Source: Tubiluchus corallicola (lineage: Eukaryota; Animalia; Priapulida). From it: 64,000 nt of DNA. Position numbers and translations under genes: made by a program. Under the pieces are notes generated by a model. That model did no database searches and was not told the DNA's origin. It saw nothing but the letters and a program-made list of their open reading frames with translations. The stretch lies in NCBI GenBank assembly GCA_030141605.1, contig JAQGDQ010000068.1:372001-436000 (forward strand), given 5' to 3'. Below are positions 11,789-22,560 of the stretch, piece after piece. Every line of letters starts with the position of its first letter. The stretch's first letter is position 1.

Positions 11789-13367
11789 CAGAGAGAGAGG
11801 TTGAGAAGTGAACAAATTATTCTGCTAAGACAGGTAGTTATTATTTAGTCCTCTTGTTTTCCAGGTAGAATCAATCAATGTTTATGCTGCTCGAAATCTT
11901 GTGCTCTTCAGAAACAATAACACTTTTAACAAAATAGAAAATTTATCCTGGCGATATTTGGCGATAAAACTTGGGAAAAATAGGCTTTAAAAGGCTTTTT
12001 AGGCAATGGGGTTTTCCCTGGAGCACCGTCAGACCCAGTTTTCAAATCTAGACTGTAGCGCGGGCATTAGCTTTCTGTGGGAGCTTCTGCTTCTGCATGC
12101 GTTCGTGAAGTTAAAGACAAGAAAACAAGTAAGATTTCCGTATTGTCACAGTATAGACCCCCAGTGCCTTTCCTGTCAGTTTTGAAGTAAAAGTTTAAAG
12201 CAAAGACTGAATTTCGTCCATAGAATTACTTGCTCTGGGTGCCGTTAATATTGACATTTGTTCAAGCTGTCATTCGGTGGGGCTCTTGTGCAATTAGTTT
12301 AGCTTTTGCCAAACAAAATTTCCCAAATCCAAAGTTGGCGTGAAACGGACATTAACCCAGTATGCGGATAACATCTTTGCGGTCAGGAATACGCGGAAAC
12401 GTGGCCAGATTCTTGTTTCTGATGCTGTCTTTATACTCGAGGAAAATTAATTTTTGGATTATTGTGCCGCAAAGAATTTTTCTGTCTGTGGTTGGGATGT
12501 GTGACTGTTTAAGTTTAAGTTTAAGTTTATTTAGCACCAATAAAAAGATTACAATAAAATAAATAAAAACTTTGAATTATTATCAATGAATAAAATAGTC
12601 ATGGGTACGGAGAGCCACACAGAAATGTACTGCTTAAGTGCACCTTGTAATAACACACAACATTACAGTTTTATTTACAGAATGTTCCAATTAAAATAAT
12701 AAGTTATACAATGAAAATTTGTTTGAATCCTAGAGTGAATGGCTTTCTTCTTATAACAGTTTAACAATTAGCAGATTTTAGATTTTCTACTATTACCATG
12801 ATCCCATATGGTTAAAGCCACTGACAAAAAGTGCGAACTATAGCAAAGACTTCGTAAAAAGGTGGTTTGTCTGTTTATGTGTCTGTCCGTCGACAACCAT
12901 CTTCGTTTATGTCCACAAACGTCAAAATCCAAGCTTCACTCATTCGATGCCCGTGTTGCATACTACATATTAGAGTTTTAATATTTTTGATAGTGCTTTG
13001 TGTAAAAAAGCTTTTATATTCGTACTTTAACCATCGCTTCTATACGGCTGAACGAATATCCTCGCCACCGACTTAATACTTATGTGACAGTGATCTATTT
13101 GCTATGGTTTTACTTTAGTTATTGTATTAAAATATCGTGTTAGGCCTCATGACTTATTTATTGTAAAGTTACTTGCTAGTTGTTTGTTGCCATTAGTGGC
13201 GACTGTTGAGGATCTATAATGCGCTTTTGCACGTATACTTACTAGAGTATTTATTTCCACTTTATTTCTATGTCTGACATCTAAATTTATTATTTACGAA
13301 ATGTTGTTTAACCAATAAAATTCTTCGTGCTTACTTTTTTCGTCTCATTTACTCTTTTATTTTACAG

Positions 13368-13501
13368 GTTACGCAACAGACTGTGGTGAATTACGATATC
13401 TAGGAGAGACGAAATCAGGCATTTACACAGTATATCCAGAATATTCAGAGTATCCCCTTGATGTGTATTGCGATATGGAGACGGATGGCGGAGGATGGAC
13501 G
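13368..13501 (+). CDS. Fibrinogen-related domain (FReD/FBG) protein, FBG exon 1
   Basis: Polypyrimidine tract plus tttacAG|; translates (G)YATDCGELRYLGETKSGIYTVYPEYSEYPLDVYCDMETDGGGWT; donor |GTAAAA. VYCDMxTDGGGWT is the FBG hallmark. Confidence 0.93.
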
Positions 13502-13926
13502 GTAAAATTCATGCACAGAATATAACGTTTATAATAACGTTTTGTAAATTGCTGATACTTTTTAAGGTCAACCCAATAGGGGACGACGAAATGAAAATAA
13601 AGGGTCTGTTTACTAGGACGTATAGCTGAGCTCTCACGACGTAAAGTTAAATTTAAGCTAAGCATTCATTTGTCTCATCGCCCATCGATTTACTACCTGA
13701 GTCAACTGCTGCTTTGTCCCCTCCATTGCGTGCTTCGTTTCGCATAAAATGTAATTTGTAGACGCAGTTGCATTTCTACAATATTATCGCGCCGAAAATA
13801 ATGCCAACGACAGACAAACAAACATTTTATTAAACAAAATCTCCTTTCTTTTTTTGCGTTCTTTACAGACATTTTGGCAAGACATTCCTAATAATGTCCA
13901 TTTTGTCTCATATCTAACAATGTTAC

Positions 13927-14095
13927 AACCTTTTGAAGCAGGCGATTCATCAAAGCAACAAATATTGTGTCTAACACCTATGTATGTAGTTAGCTTATAT
14001 ATATATAGATAGATAGATATATATAAGCTAACTACATACATACGGTGTTAGACACAATATTTGTTGCTTTGATGAATCGCCTGCTTCAAAAGGTT
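13927..14095. repeat. Long near-perfect inverted repeat (arms of about 78 bp, one 1-nt indel) centred on a TA/TAGA microsatellite
   Basis: AACCTTTTGAAGCAGGCGATTCATC...TAGCTTATATATAT from 13927 is the reverse complement of ATATATAAGCTA...GATGAATCGCCTGCTTCAAAAGGTT ending at 14095. Confidence 0.95.
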
Positions 14096-14189
14096 ATGTG
14101 TGTATATATGTATATGTACCTGTCAATGTGTCAGTTGTAGAACTTTTCGTTCTAGTAGTATCTACTTATTGGTGTGTTGCACTTTCCAG

Positions 14190-14286
14190 GTCATACAGAA
14201 TAGGTACGATGGGTCAGTGGATTTCTATAGGGGATGGAATTCCTATAAATACGGGTTTGGAGAGCTGAAGGGAGAGCATTGGTTAG
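14190..14286 (+). CDS. FReD/FBG exon 2
   Basis: actttccAG| [32 protein letters not shown](G) |GTATGT; phases 0/1 are consistent with the neighbouring exons. Confidence 0.95.
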
Positions 14287-15954
14287 GTATGTAACAAGCA
14301 TATAGCAATCATATCGCCATTTATTGATGTTGTCAAATTTCAAAGATAAAACCAGTTACGGAGTTTGCTGGCTGTAAATACAAGAGAGCATAACTTTTGC
14401 GCAAAGCATAATGTGCTGCATGAGGCACTGGCTTGTTACACTAGGCAATAACATTATCGTTCAGGGCTGCTGAACTTTCGTGACTCAATACACGTCACAA
14501 TCTAATTTTACCTGAATTTTTTTAGAAGTCATTCATTAGGTACCCTTGAAAGTGGCACACTAGCAATTATCATGTCAAACTTTTCAATGGTCTTGATTAC
14601 TGAGAAGTATCGCCCGGTGGATTACAGGTTACTTAAAGAACATTCTGAAACTTTTTAAACAGCCGTTACTTATACAACGAGCAATATGCTGCAACACTGA
14701 AATACCAAAAAACAACGCAAAACGGGGCAAAGAAGCCATTGTATATTATATGGAAACTTGCAAAATCCGCGTTATTGAAAAATGTTAATTTTAACACGGC
14801 AAAAAATAAACTTTGAAATAAGTTTAAATAAGTTTCAGTTACATATTTGTTATCTTTGTTTTTTGTAGTAAGGCAGATCTAAAAATTTCCTGTACAAATT
14901 TATTTATGTGGTTAAATTCTATTTGGTTAGCTAAACATTACAAGGTGTGACCAGTCACACCAATCTTTATCATGTGTTACAACTCAACTACAAGTCTTGT
15001 CTGATCTTGTTGTTTCGCAATTTTCAAAGAAATTTATCGCTATAAACCTGATATTCTTCCTGTTTGTACTTACATTAAAATAAAACAGTTAATACGCCAT
15101 GGAAATAAACTACAAATCATGTTATTTTGTAACTTGAAGCACAAACAGGATGTGCACCTAAATGTAAGTTATACCAAGGCGTTCTTTCACACCCTAGGCC
15201 CCAGGCCTGCTGAATTTCATGTTTCTCTAACAAAACTGTTCCTCCCTCTGGCTTTACACTTCCTATGACAAGAAAATTGCATGTTTCATATGTTTTTATA
15301 CTTGTTGTATTTTTATAACAAAGAATTTGTTTTAGAATAATCGCTAAGTTTTGACTGATCAACACCTATGTTTCATATAAAATCATGCAGGCTTATTTCT
15401 TGTTTGTAAACTATTTTATTTATGCTATGATAATTACCTGCTTTATGAGCTGTGCACAGGCATATTACATCTTACGCTCCTCAATTTTGACCCATTCCAG
15501 ATTTAAAATGTTATAATTTTCTTGAATAAGGTAAGCATGCCTTCAAACTGCGATACAAATCGGACATCTTGAAATGAGGTGAATACATGGCTCAAAGTGG
15601 GGCTTTCGGACTCGTGTAACCCTCATATACTCCACTAAAATACTTGTCAGACGGTCACTTTTAGGGCCAGATTTTGGGTACTATCATAATCTGAATCAAA
15701 TATTTTCTTAATTATGAAGCGATTAAATCCGTTGTGGGCTCTTGCACCATATCTAAAGGTGTATTACTGTGATCATCCGACCATCCTGCCGTTCATTTTG
15801 AGTGCCATTTAATATTGTCATAGAAACCACTTCTTGGTGAAAACGCCGTTTGTCATTGCTGTGGAATCCGTTTTACCGTAAAAATTTAAAATGCTGAGTA
15901 AATTTATTTAAAAACCAGGCCTAAAAAGTTTTTACATAAACAGCGAGAAAAGAA

Positions 15955-15980
15955 CACAGATTTAAATGCCACGCGTGCGC

Positions 15981-16043
<63 letters not shown>

Positions 16044-16985
16044 AGGAGAGAGTGTAACAAAGAAAGAGAGAGATTTTTAAACTCGTACAGCTCTTTTGAT
16101 CTTCATGCTTACTTTTTCTTCTGCTTAATTCAGTGGGAATGAATGCATGCGCAAAAAAACAATACAGATACAGACACGGAGAGAGGGGCAGAAACAGAGT
16201 TAGATGCAGACACAAATAAAGACACAGACACGGGCACTGATACCAATGCAAATACAGACACTTCTTATTCAATAAAGCCCACAACATTAAAACTACAGTA
16301 TAAGGAAATAAATAGTATCTGTATCTGTACATATGTAACATGTTTTTATTTATTTAAGCAATTTTTCAGCAGATCTATAGAGTCTTTTTACTACAGAGAG
16401 AGGTTACTAAACCCTAACAAATTGTGAGGCAAACAATGGGCGCTGTATTCTAATACAAATTTCATGGTCTGTTGTAGGGCAAACAATGGGCGCCAGGTTG
16501 TAATGCAAAAACTGCATTCGGATTGTAGGAAAATAGCCCTTGAGTGACACCTTTGAAGTTTTGTTGATATTGTGATGCCGTCTCAGATAACAAGGATTCA
16601 CAATTTACTACGTGTGTTAACTAAAGAAAATTATAAAAAAAGAAAAGAAAGAAAAAAGTAAAATGAAACACTTAGCAACAGTTTATAGCTGACACTTACG
16701 CATTGAGTCGAAATGCAAACCAAGTGATTAAACCAAAAATTACTGAATCACTACTGACTTAATAACAGCAACCAAGAAGAGAAAACAAAATGAAATTGAA
16801 GCCGAACATGGCCGAGAACGTACTGCCCTCGAATCTACGAGAACAGGTTACACGCTCGAGAAAATTGGCCTAGAAAACTGAGCTCTGATTGGCCCACGCA
16901 ATTTTACATTCAATACACTACATTTTCATGAAGCCTGTGGTTTCCGAGTCGGTTAAATCCTGCGACCCCCCACAATATGCAGGTT

Positions 16986-17037
<52 letters not shown>

Positions 17038-17084
17038 ATCCCTTCTCCCTCTCTCTCTGTGCTAGCATGGTATTTAAATCTATG
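15955..17084 (+). mobile_element. MITE with CAYAGATTTAAATRCCA TIRs (P-element-like or hAT), enlarged by nested insertions
   Basis: Left end CACAGATTTAAATGCCACGCGTGCGC at 15955; right end TGGTATTTAAATCTATG ending at 17084. Degenerate 8-bp TSD GAAAAGAA/GAACAGCA. Core 16420-16570 matches the reverse complement of the interior of 60850-61115. Confidence 0.75.
15981..16393. mobile_element. (GA)n-anchored interspersed repeat, copy C (shorter, diverged), nested in the MITE
   Basis: Colinear with copies A and B from AAACTCGTACAG..TTTTGATCTTCATG to AGTCTTTTTACTA; flanked by CAGAGA on both sides. Confidence 0.8.
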
Positions 17085-17302
17085 GAACAGCATCACGGCG
17101 AAATAGACGGCTTTGTAGAGTAACTTCCTAAGCGAGTAACCCAAAAACCATTTTCAAGTGTGAATTTCATGACGTAAACGTATTTTCTGAACAATTTGTC
17201 ATTTGTGCTTTTATGTAAGTCATTGTCATCGTAACTCTTTGTCATTGGTTGTCACTAGTCCCCAGTTTAGACTTTTGTAAACTTTTCTCTTTTCTACGAT
17301 AG

Positions 17303-17467
17303 GTTTGAAACACCAACATGCGCTGACTCATCAAGGTACTGCTCAACTGCGAATAGATTTAGAAGATGCTGACGGCATTTGTCGTCACGTGACCTATGAT
17401 GACTTTAAAATCACATCAGAATATGATGGATACCGTCTACTCATCGGAATGTACTCAGGAAACGCCG
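17303..17467 (+). CDS. FReD/FBG exon 3
   Basis: ttttctacgatAG| (G)LKHQHALTHQGTAQLRIDLEDADGICRHVTYDDFKITSEYDGYRLLIGMYSGNA(G) |GTGCGT; 165 nt, phase 1/1. Confidence 0.93.
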
Positions 17468-17808
17468 GTGCGTACTAGCCTTTAGGCCAATACTAAATAA
17501 CATTTTTAGTCACGAACCTTTTCGAGAATTTGGTTAAAACCTATACCTGGCTGGTACAAAACGCACAACAGTATGCACTATTTTATTGAAAATTGATTGT
17601 CAATTATGCAAAGTATAAAATAATCTTTACAAGCATTTGTGTTTCTCATACCATGATGTTCTTCCAGTCGTAGCAAAAGGAATTTGAAACACCTTCATCT
17701 CAATCCGTTTATCAAGGAATAGTATGAAAATCGGAAATCTGTTAAAAATCTGCAAAATCACTTTAAATTATGAGTACTCTGCTCAGAAATCGGTGCTCAA
17801 TAAGTTAA

Positions 17809-18745
17809 GTACACGTAAATTTCGTACACGTAAATTTGGTCCTGGTAATTTTGGTTGTGAGTAAATTTTGATACCGGGAAATTGGCTAATAAGAATTTTT
17901 GGTGGAGAGAAATTTTAGCACCAAGAAAATTGGGTATGTACAGGGAAAATGTAGTTTTTTTAAAATTTGGTATAAGAAAGGTTTGACACTACGAAAATAT
18001 CTTTTATATAACTTACTGGAAAAAGTTATAAAGGTTCATATTGTTGCTTTGTTGCATTGTTCAAATTTGTTTTTTGTACCTTTGTTTGTTTGTGCGGTGT
18101 TTGTTGTTATTGTTCTTATTGTTGTTGCTGTTTGTCTGTATCGTACTGGCTGCTTTGTTGTGATCATCATCATCATCATCGTCATCATTACGATCTTCAC
18201 TGTGACTTTTATCGTTTTGTTGCTGTTGCTGTTGTCATTACCATTGTTGTTGTTTTTTGCTGTGGTTATTGCTGTCGCTGTTATTGTCGATACGTCGATT
18301 GTCGATATTGTCGCTACTGCTGTTGTTGTTGTTGTTGCTGTTGTCATGCTGTTGCTGTTGTTGCTGCTGTCGGTGATATTGTTGCTGTTGCTGTTGATTA
18401 TCTCTTGCATGCTGTTTTTGTTACCATTATCATCATCATCGTCATCATTGCTATCATCAGTGGTACTATTGATCTTTAATTACTGTTGTTGTGGCAATCG
18501 TTTCGTAAAGAGATACAGAAATGCTCTATTTTCTGTTTAGTACTAAAATTTTCTTGTTCCAAAGTGTTTTGGAAATTTCCTGGTAACATATTTTCCCTCT
18601 ACCTAATATTCCCTATAATACACTTTCCTAAAAGCAAAAATCCCCTGTACCTAAAGATCATTATACCAATTTACCTGTCCCAAAATTTCCATGTACTGGA
18701 ATTCTTGGTTACCAAATTTGCTTCTACCAAGATTTTCCACATTCT
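17809..18745. mobile_element. Foldback-like element: inverted arrays of degenerate ~15-bp units around a GTT/GCT/CAT microsatellite core
   Basis: Left units such as GTAAATTTCGTACAC and GTAAATTTGGTCCTG (17809-17995). Right units in the opposite orientation, such as TACCAATTTACC, TCCCAAAATTTCC and TACCAAATTTGC (18540-18745). Confidence 0.55.
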
Positions 18746-20412
18746 TAGTAATCATATGCCACTTTGCAGTATTGCATTGATTGCATCGTTTGTAATTGAG
18801 TGATACTGACGTAATTAGTGTCTAATCAAAAAAAGATTTTTTGTTAGCTTGTCCTGTTCTGTTAGCTACCACTATATATTAATGTTTGTAATCTTAATTT
18901 CCAGATTATTGATAAATTACTGAACGAGCCCATGATTTTTTGAAATCAAACTAGGAGGAACGTGGAAAAGTCGAGACGAGAATCTACATTTGAACAATCG
19001 GATTAGCTGACAAGCTTTTCGTATTAAATTAACGCCTGTTGTGGTCACAATAAGCTTTGTGGTCAAACAATTATGGCGTTGTATTTGTAATCCAAATGTT
19101 CAATCCAGATTCAGTCCCGAGTTTTTCACATTTCGACCAAATCTAATTTCAATTTCAATAACATAAACCATATAATCTCCATTCTATCATATAATCTCTT
19201 TACATTATGTTATGCTACAATAATATTGAATAAAAGGGAGTTGAACGCAGCAGGTGTTATTAAATAAAATTCGACAATTTTGGAAGTAACAAGTTTATAC
19301 TTCCAAATCTCTGACAGGTCAATGTGCCTTCAAGTAAAGCAAGAAATAAATTTCTCGCAAAAACTTGCCAGACTGTTGCGCTGTTCGCAATTTAATAGTG
19401 TCAAACAGAGAATTCCCAGGAGTTGTATTGCATTGTAGGTGCAATGCCCGACGGGAAACAAACTTTTGGTATATTGAAATACGAGTAAAATAAGAGTAGT
19501 TAAAATAAACCGAACCAGATATTATTTAAAACTAGATATCATAGCAGAAAAACCAAGTTGTACAACTGCGGAAGTATACAAGAAAATGGTACCCGAAGTA
19601 TTTTTCAGAAAACTCGCCTTAAAAAATATATTACTTTATAGCAATTTTATGCGTATATCGTACCCGCGTTTAAAGAATTTTTTGTTTGTTTTCGTTTTAA
19701 ATCTCCCGCAATACTGTTCCGACCGCGCCATTACATGACATCATATACGCACAACGTAAATCAGGGGAAGAAAAGGAAATGTTAAACTATGTCCCAAAAA
19801 ACTTTCCATGCAAAGTTATATTACTTAGCATTCCGCTTACCTGCTTGAAAGACTTACGAAACTAAAAAAGAAAATCATTAATTGTTTAAAACGTTTTCAC
19901 CAATTGGCAAAATGTCGTTGACTCACCTCCAGGGTGCACCACTCACTAACCAAAAATTTTTGATTTGATTGACAAGATACAGTAATTTAAAATGTTACTT
20001 AGTTAGGGACGTGTGCGCTACAAGTGGTTTCATAATTTTTTCAAACTTTACTGAGTATTACCTAAACTTCTTTTAAATGACTTATCGTCAAAATGGCTGC
20101 GTCCAACCGTCATCGCGGAAGTTTAATTTAAAACATGTAAACTACGTTACAGCGTCACTGCCGACGCAAGCCCTGTATGCAAAAAAGACAGTATGTAAGT
20201 AGTATAAAATTTCAGGACGAATTTTAGGCTTTACGTAAGTGGAGGGTTTTCTTGTGCTTTAAACAATTCTGTTAAGAACGGATTTTTAAAAGGTGTCTTT
20301 GAGTCAGTTAATTACCAGCTAACTGATTAATTAAATAATTAACTAAAAGAGTAGCTGGCGCTGTTTGGTTTTGCCTGGTATAGGCATGATACAAATCTGC
20401 TTTCTCCGTACC

Positions 20413-20485
20413 GAGTACATAACTCAGATGGTTAGAGTAAGTGGGTGTAATCCACTGACCTCGGGTTTAAGTCCCGAAGTATTCA
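20413..20485 (+). tRNA. tRNA-like cloverleaf with GTA (Tyr) anticodon; atypical, probably a pseudogene or solitary SINE head
   Basis: Acceptor GAGTACA/AGTATTC (6 of 7 pairs); D stem ACTC/GAGT; anticodon stem AGTGG/CCACT with loop GT-GTA-AT; T stem TCGGG/CCCGA with loop TTTAAGT; A73; T5 run at 20489-20493. Non-canonical T56 and G32. Confidence 0.5.
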
Positions 20486-20797
20486 CAATTTTTCAACAGT
20501 ATCTCTTTCTGTAACAAATTTCTGTAGGACAAACCGTTCTTTAATATAAACCGTAAGATTTTCTGGCTAGTCATAGCTAAAAAGGAAGCGTAGTTACGTA
20601 TTATAAATGCAAAATAATTATTTCGTGACGTATATAATGCACTAAACGCAATCTCCATTTATCTATGATGTCCTATGGATTCGCTTGTCTACCAAGGTTT
20701 TTTTTAAAAAACACCATTTTTGCAAATCTGTAATTCAAAGTCTCGTCAATGCGATTGTTTTTGGCTCACTTACTAAGCTGACTGTTTTCTTTTTCAG

Positions 20798-21066
20798 GCG
20801 ACTCGCTGTCGACTCACAATCATATGCAGTTCTCTACCCCTGATGTTGATCATGATCTTCACGTTACCCTCAACTGTGCACAAGCCAATGTGGGCGGATG
20901 GTGGTACAGAGACTGTCATCAAGTCAACCTAAACGGGTTATACCTCCTCGGCTCCAATAGCTATCATCAAAAAGGCATCGTGTGGTACCACTTTAGGGGT
21001 TACGACTACTCTTTGAAACGAACTGAGATGAAAATCAGGAGAGTTAAACACTCACTTCACCGATAG
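20798..21066 (+). CDS. FReD/FBG terminal exon (ficolin/tachylectin-5/MFAP4-like P domain)
   Basis: ttttcttttcAG| (G)DSLSTHNHMQFSTPDVDHD...NCAQANVGGWWYRDCHQVNLNGLY...GIVWYHFRGYDYSLKRTEMKIRR...*; AATAAA near 21130 and 21292. Confidence 0.95.
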
Positions 21067-21869
21067 ATGGCTCTGCCGAGATGTGGCTGATATTGTCCAC
21101 ATTATATCCGTAGATTTTGCAGATCCATTAATAAAAAACTGGTTTTATCCAAAACATACCATAAAACATAACGAGTCGGCCGGAAGGCTCAGTAACCGAA
21201 AATAGTTACAGCTATTTGGCATCTGATTTAGTTTAATTATACAGCAATTAGTGAAATTAAACTTTTGCCATCCGTTTAGTTACAGCGCTCTAATAAAGAT
21301 TTATATTATATTTCCAAAGCAACAAAAACATAAAATTGAACAAAAATATTCATAAATAGCGCAGTAAATAACTTAATAAGTGACGAGCTGAGTTATGAAG
21401 CAAATGTAAATACATTATGAATAAAGTCGGCAATCTAAAATAATGATGATAGTAATTATAATCTAGTTAACAACTTGTAAACACATCATAAATTTTCAAG
21501 AAAATTGTTCCACTTTTTCATGTACTTGTAGAATTTATCGGTCACTGCTTATACTATTGTGAGGAGATCTTGGTATTTTAATGTTTCAAAATCTCAGGCT
21601 TTTGTCACATAACTTTCTCGGTCGTCTTATTACTAAATAGTGTATTGACCTAATACATACTACTTATAGCACAAGTTTCATAAATCCTCATGGAAGCAAG
21701 AAAAAGAAGCATTAATAAAACAGTGTACATATCTGACGAAATCATAGTACTTGATAAAACAACTCAATCTTAGACATCGTAGACTTTATCACTGTCATTA
21801 TCGTAGTTGTTATTGTCGTAGCTGCAATTGCAAAGTGTAAACACTATCTTTGCCAACAGAGTACAGCAA

Positions 21870-22032
21870 CCATAGTCAAGGCAACAGCAGCAGCAGCAAC
21901 AGTAACAATGACGACGATGATAATGATAGTAACACAACAATGATGACGATGCCAGTGAGTACAACAACAACAGCAGCACTTTGGCTGACTACGGCAACAG
22001 CTACCACCACCACCACCACCACCACCACCACC

Positions 22033-22081
<49 letters not shown>

Positions 22082-22560
22082 CTGCTACTACTACTACTAC
22101 TACTACAACTACAACATCAACAACAGCAGCAGGAGCAGCAACAACAACAACAATAACAACAGCGGTGGTGGCAGGGTGGCGACGGCAGCGATGACGACGA
22201 CAACAACAGTACTTTGACTAGCATTGATACCTAACAATGACGATGACTACGACAGCGACGGTAACGGTGGCAGCAGCAGGATAAGCAGCAACATCAACAA
22301 CAATAGTCACAGCAGCAGCAACAACAACAAAAAACAACAATCGCGGCGATGACATTGACGACGACAATAACAACAACTACTAAAACAACAACAAAAATGC
22401 TGGCAACAACAACAACTGCTACTACTACTACTACAGCGAGAGTGACAACGGTGGTGATGACTTTGACTAACTGCGACAACTGCTACCGCCAGCAGCAACA
22501 TCCTTGCTTTTAACCATCACCGTGATCATTATCACCATAATCATCGTCATCATAATTATG
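21870..22560. repeat. Compound trinucleotide microsatellite field (ACC/ACA/ACT/AGC/GAC)
   Basis: Direct inspection; pure (ACC)n(ACA)n(ACT)n core at 22002-22112. Confidence 0.9.

Noticed and set aside
17899-18540. 213-aa hydrophobic ORF and overlapping Cys-rich or Thr-rich ORFs
   Set aside because: These are translations of GTT/GCT/CAT microsatellite within a FReD intron; open in several frames and on both strands.
21850-22501. Mucin-like poly-Thr, poly-Asn and poly-His ORFs
   Set aside because: Pure trinucleotide microsatellite; no splice or domain support.
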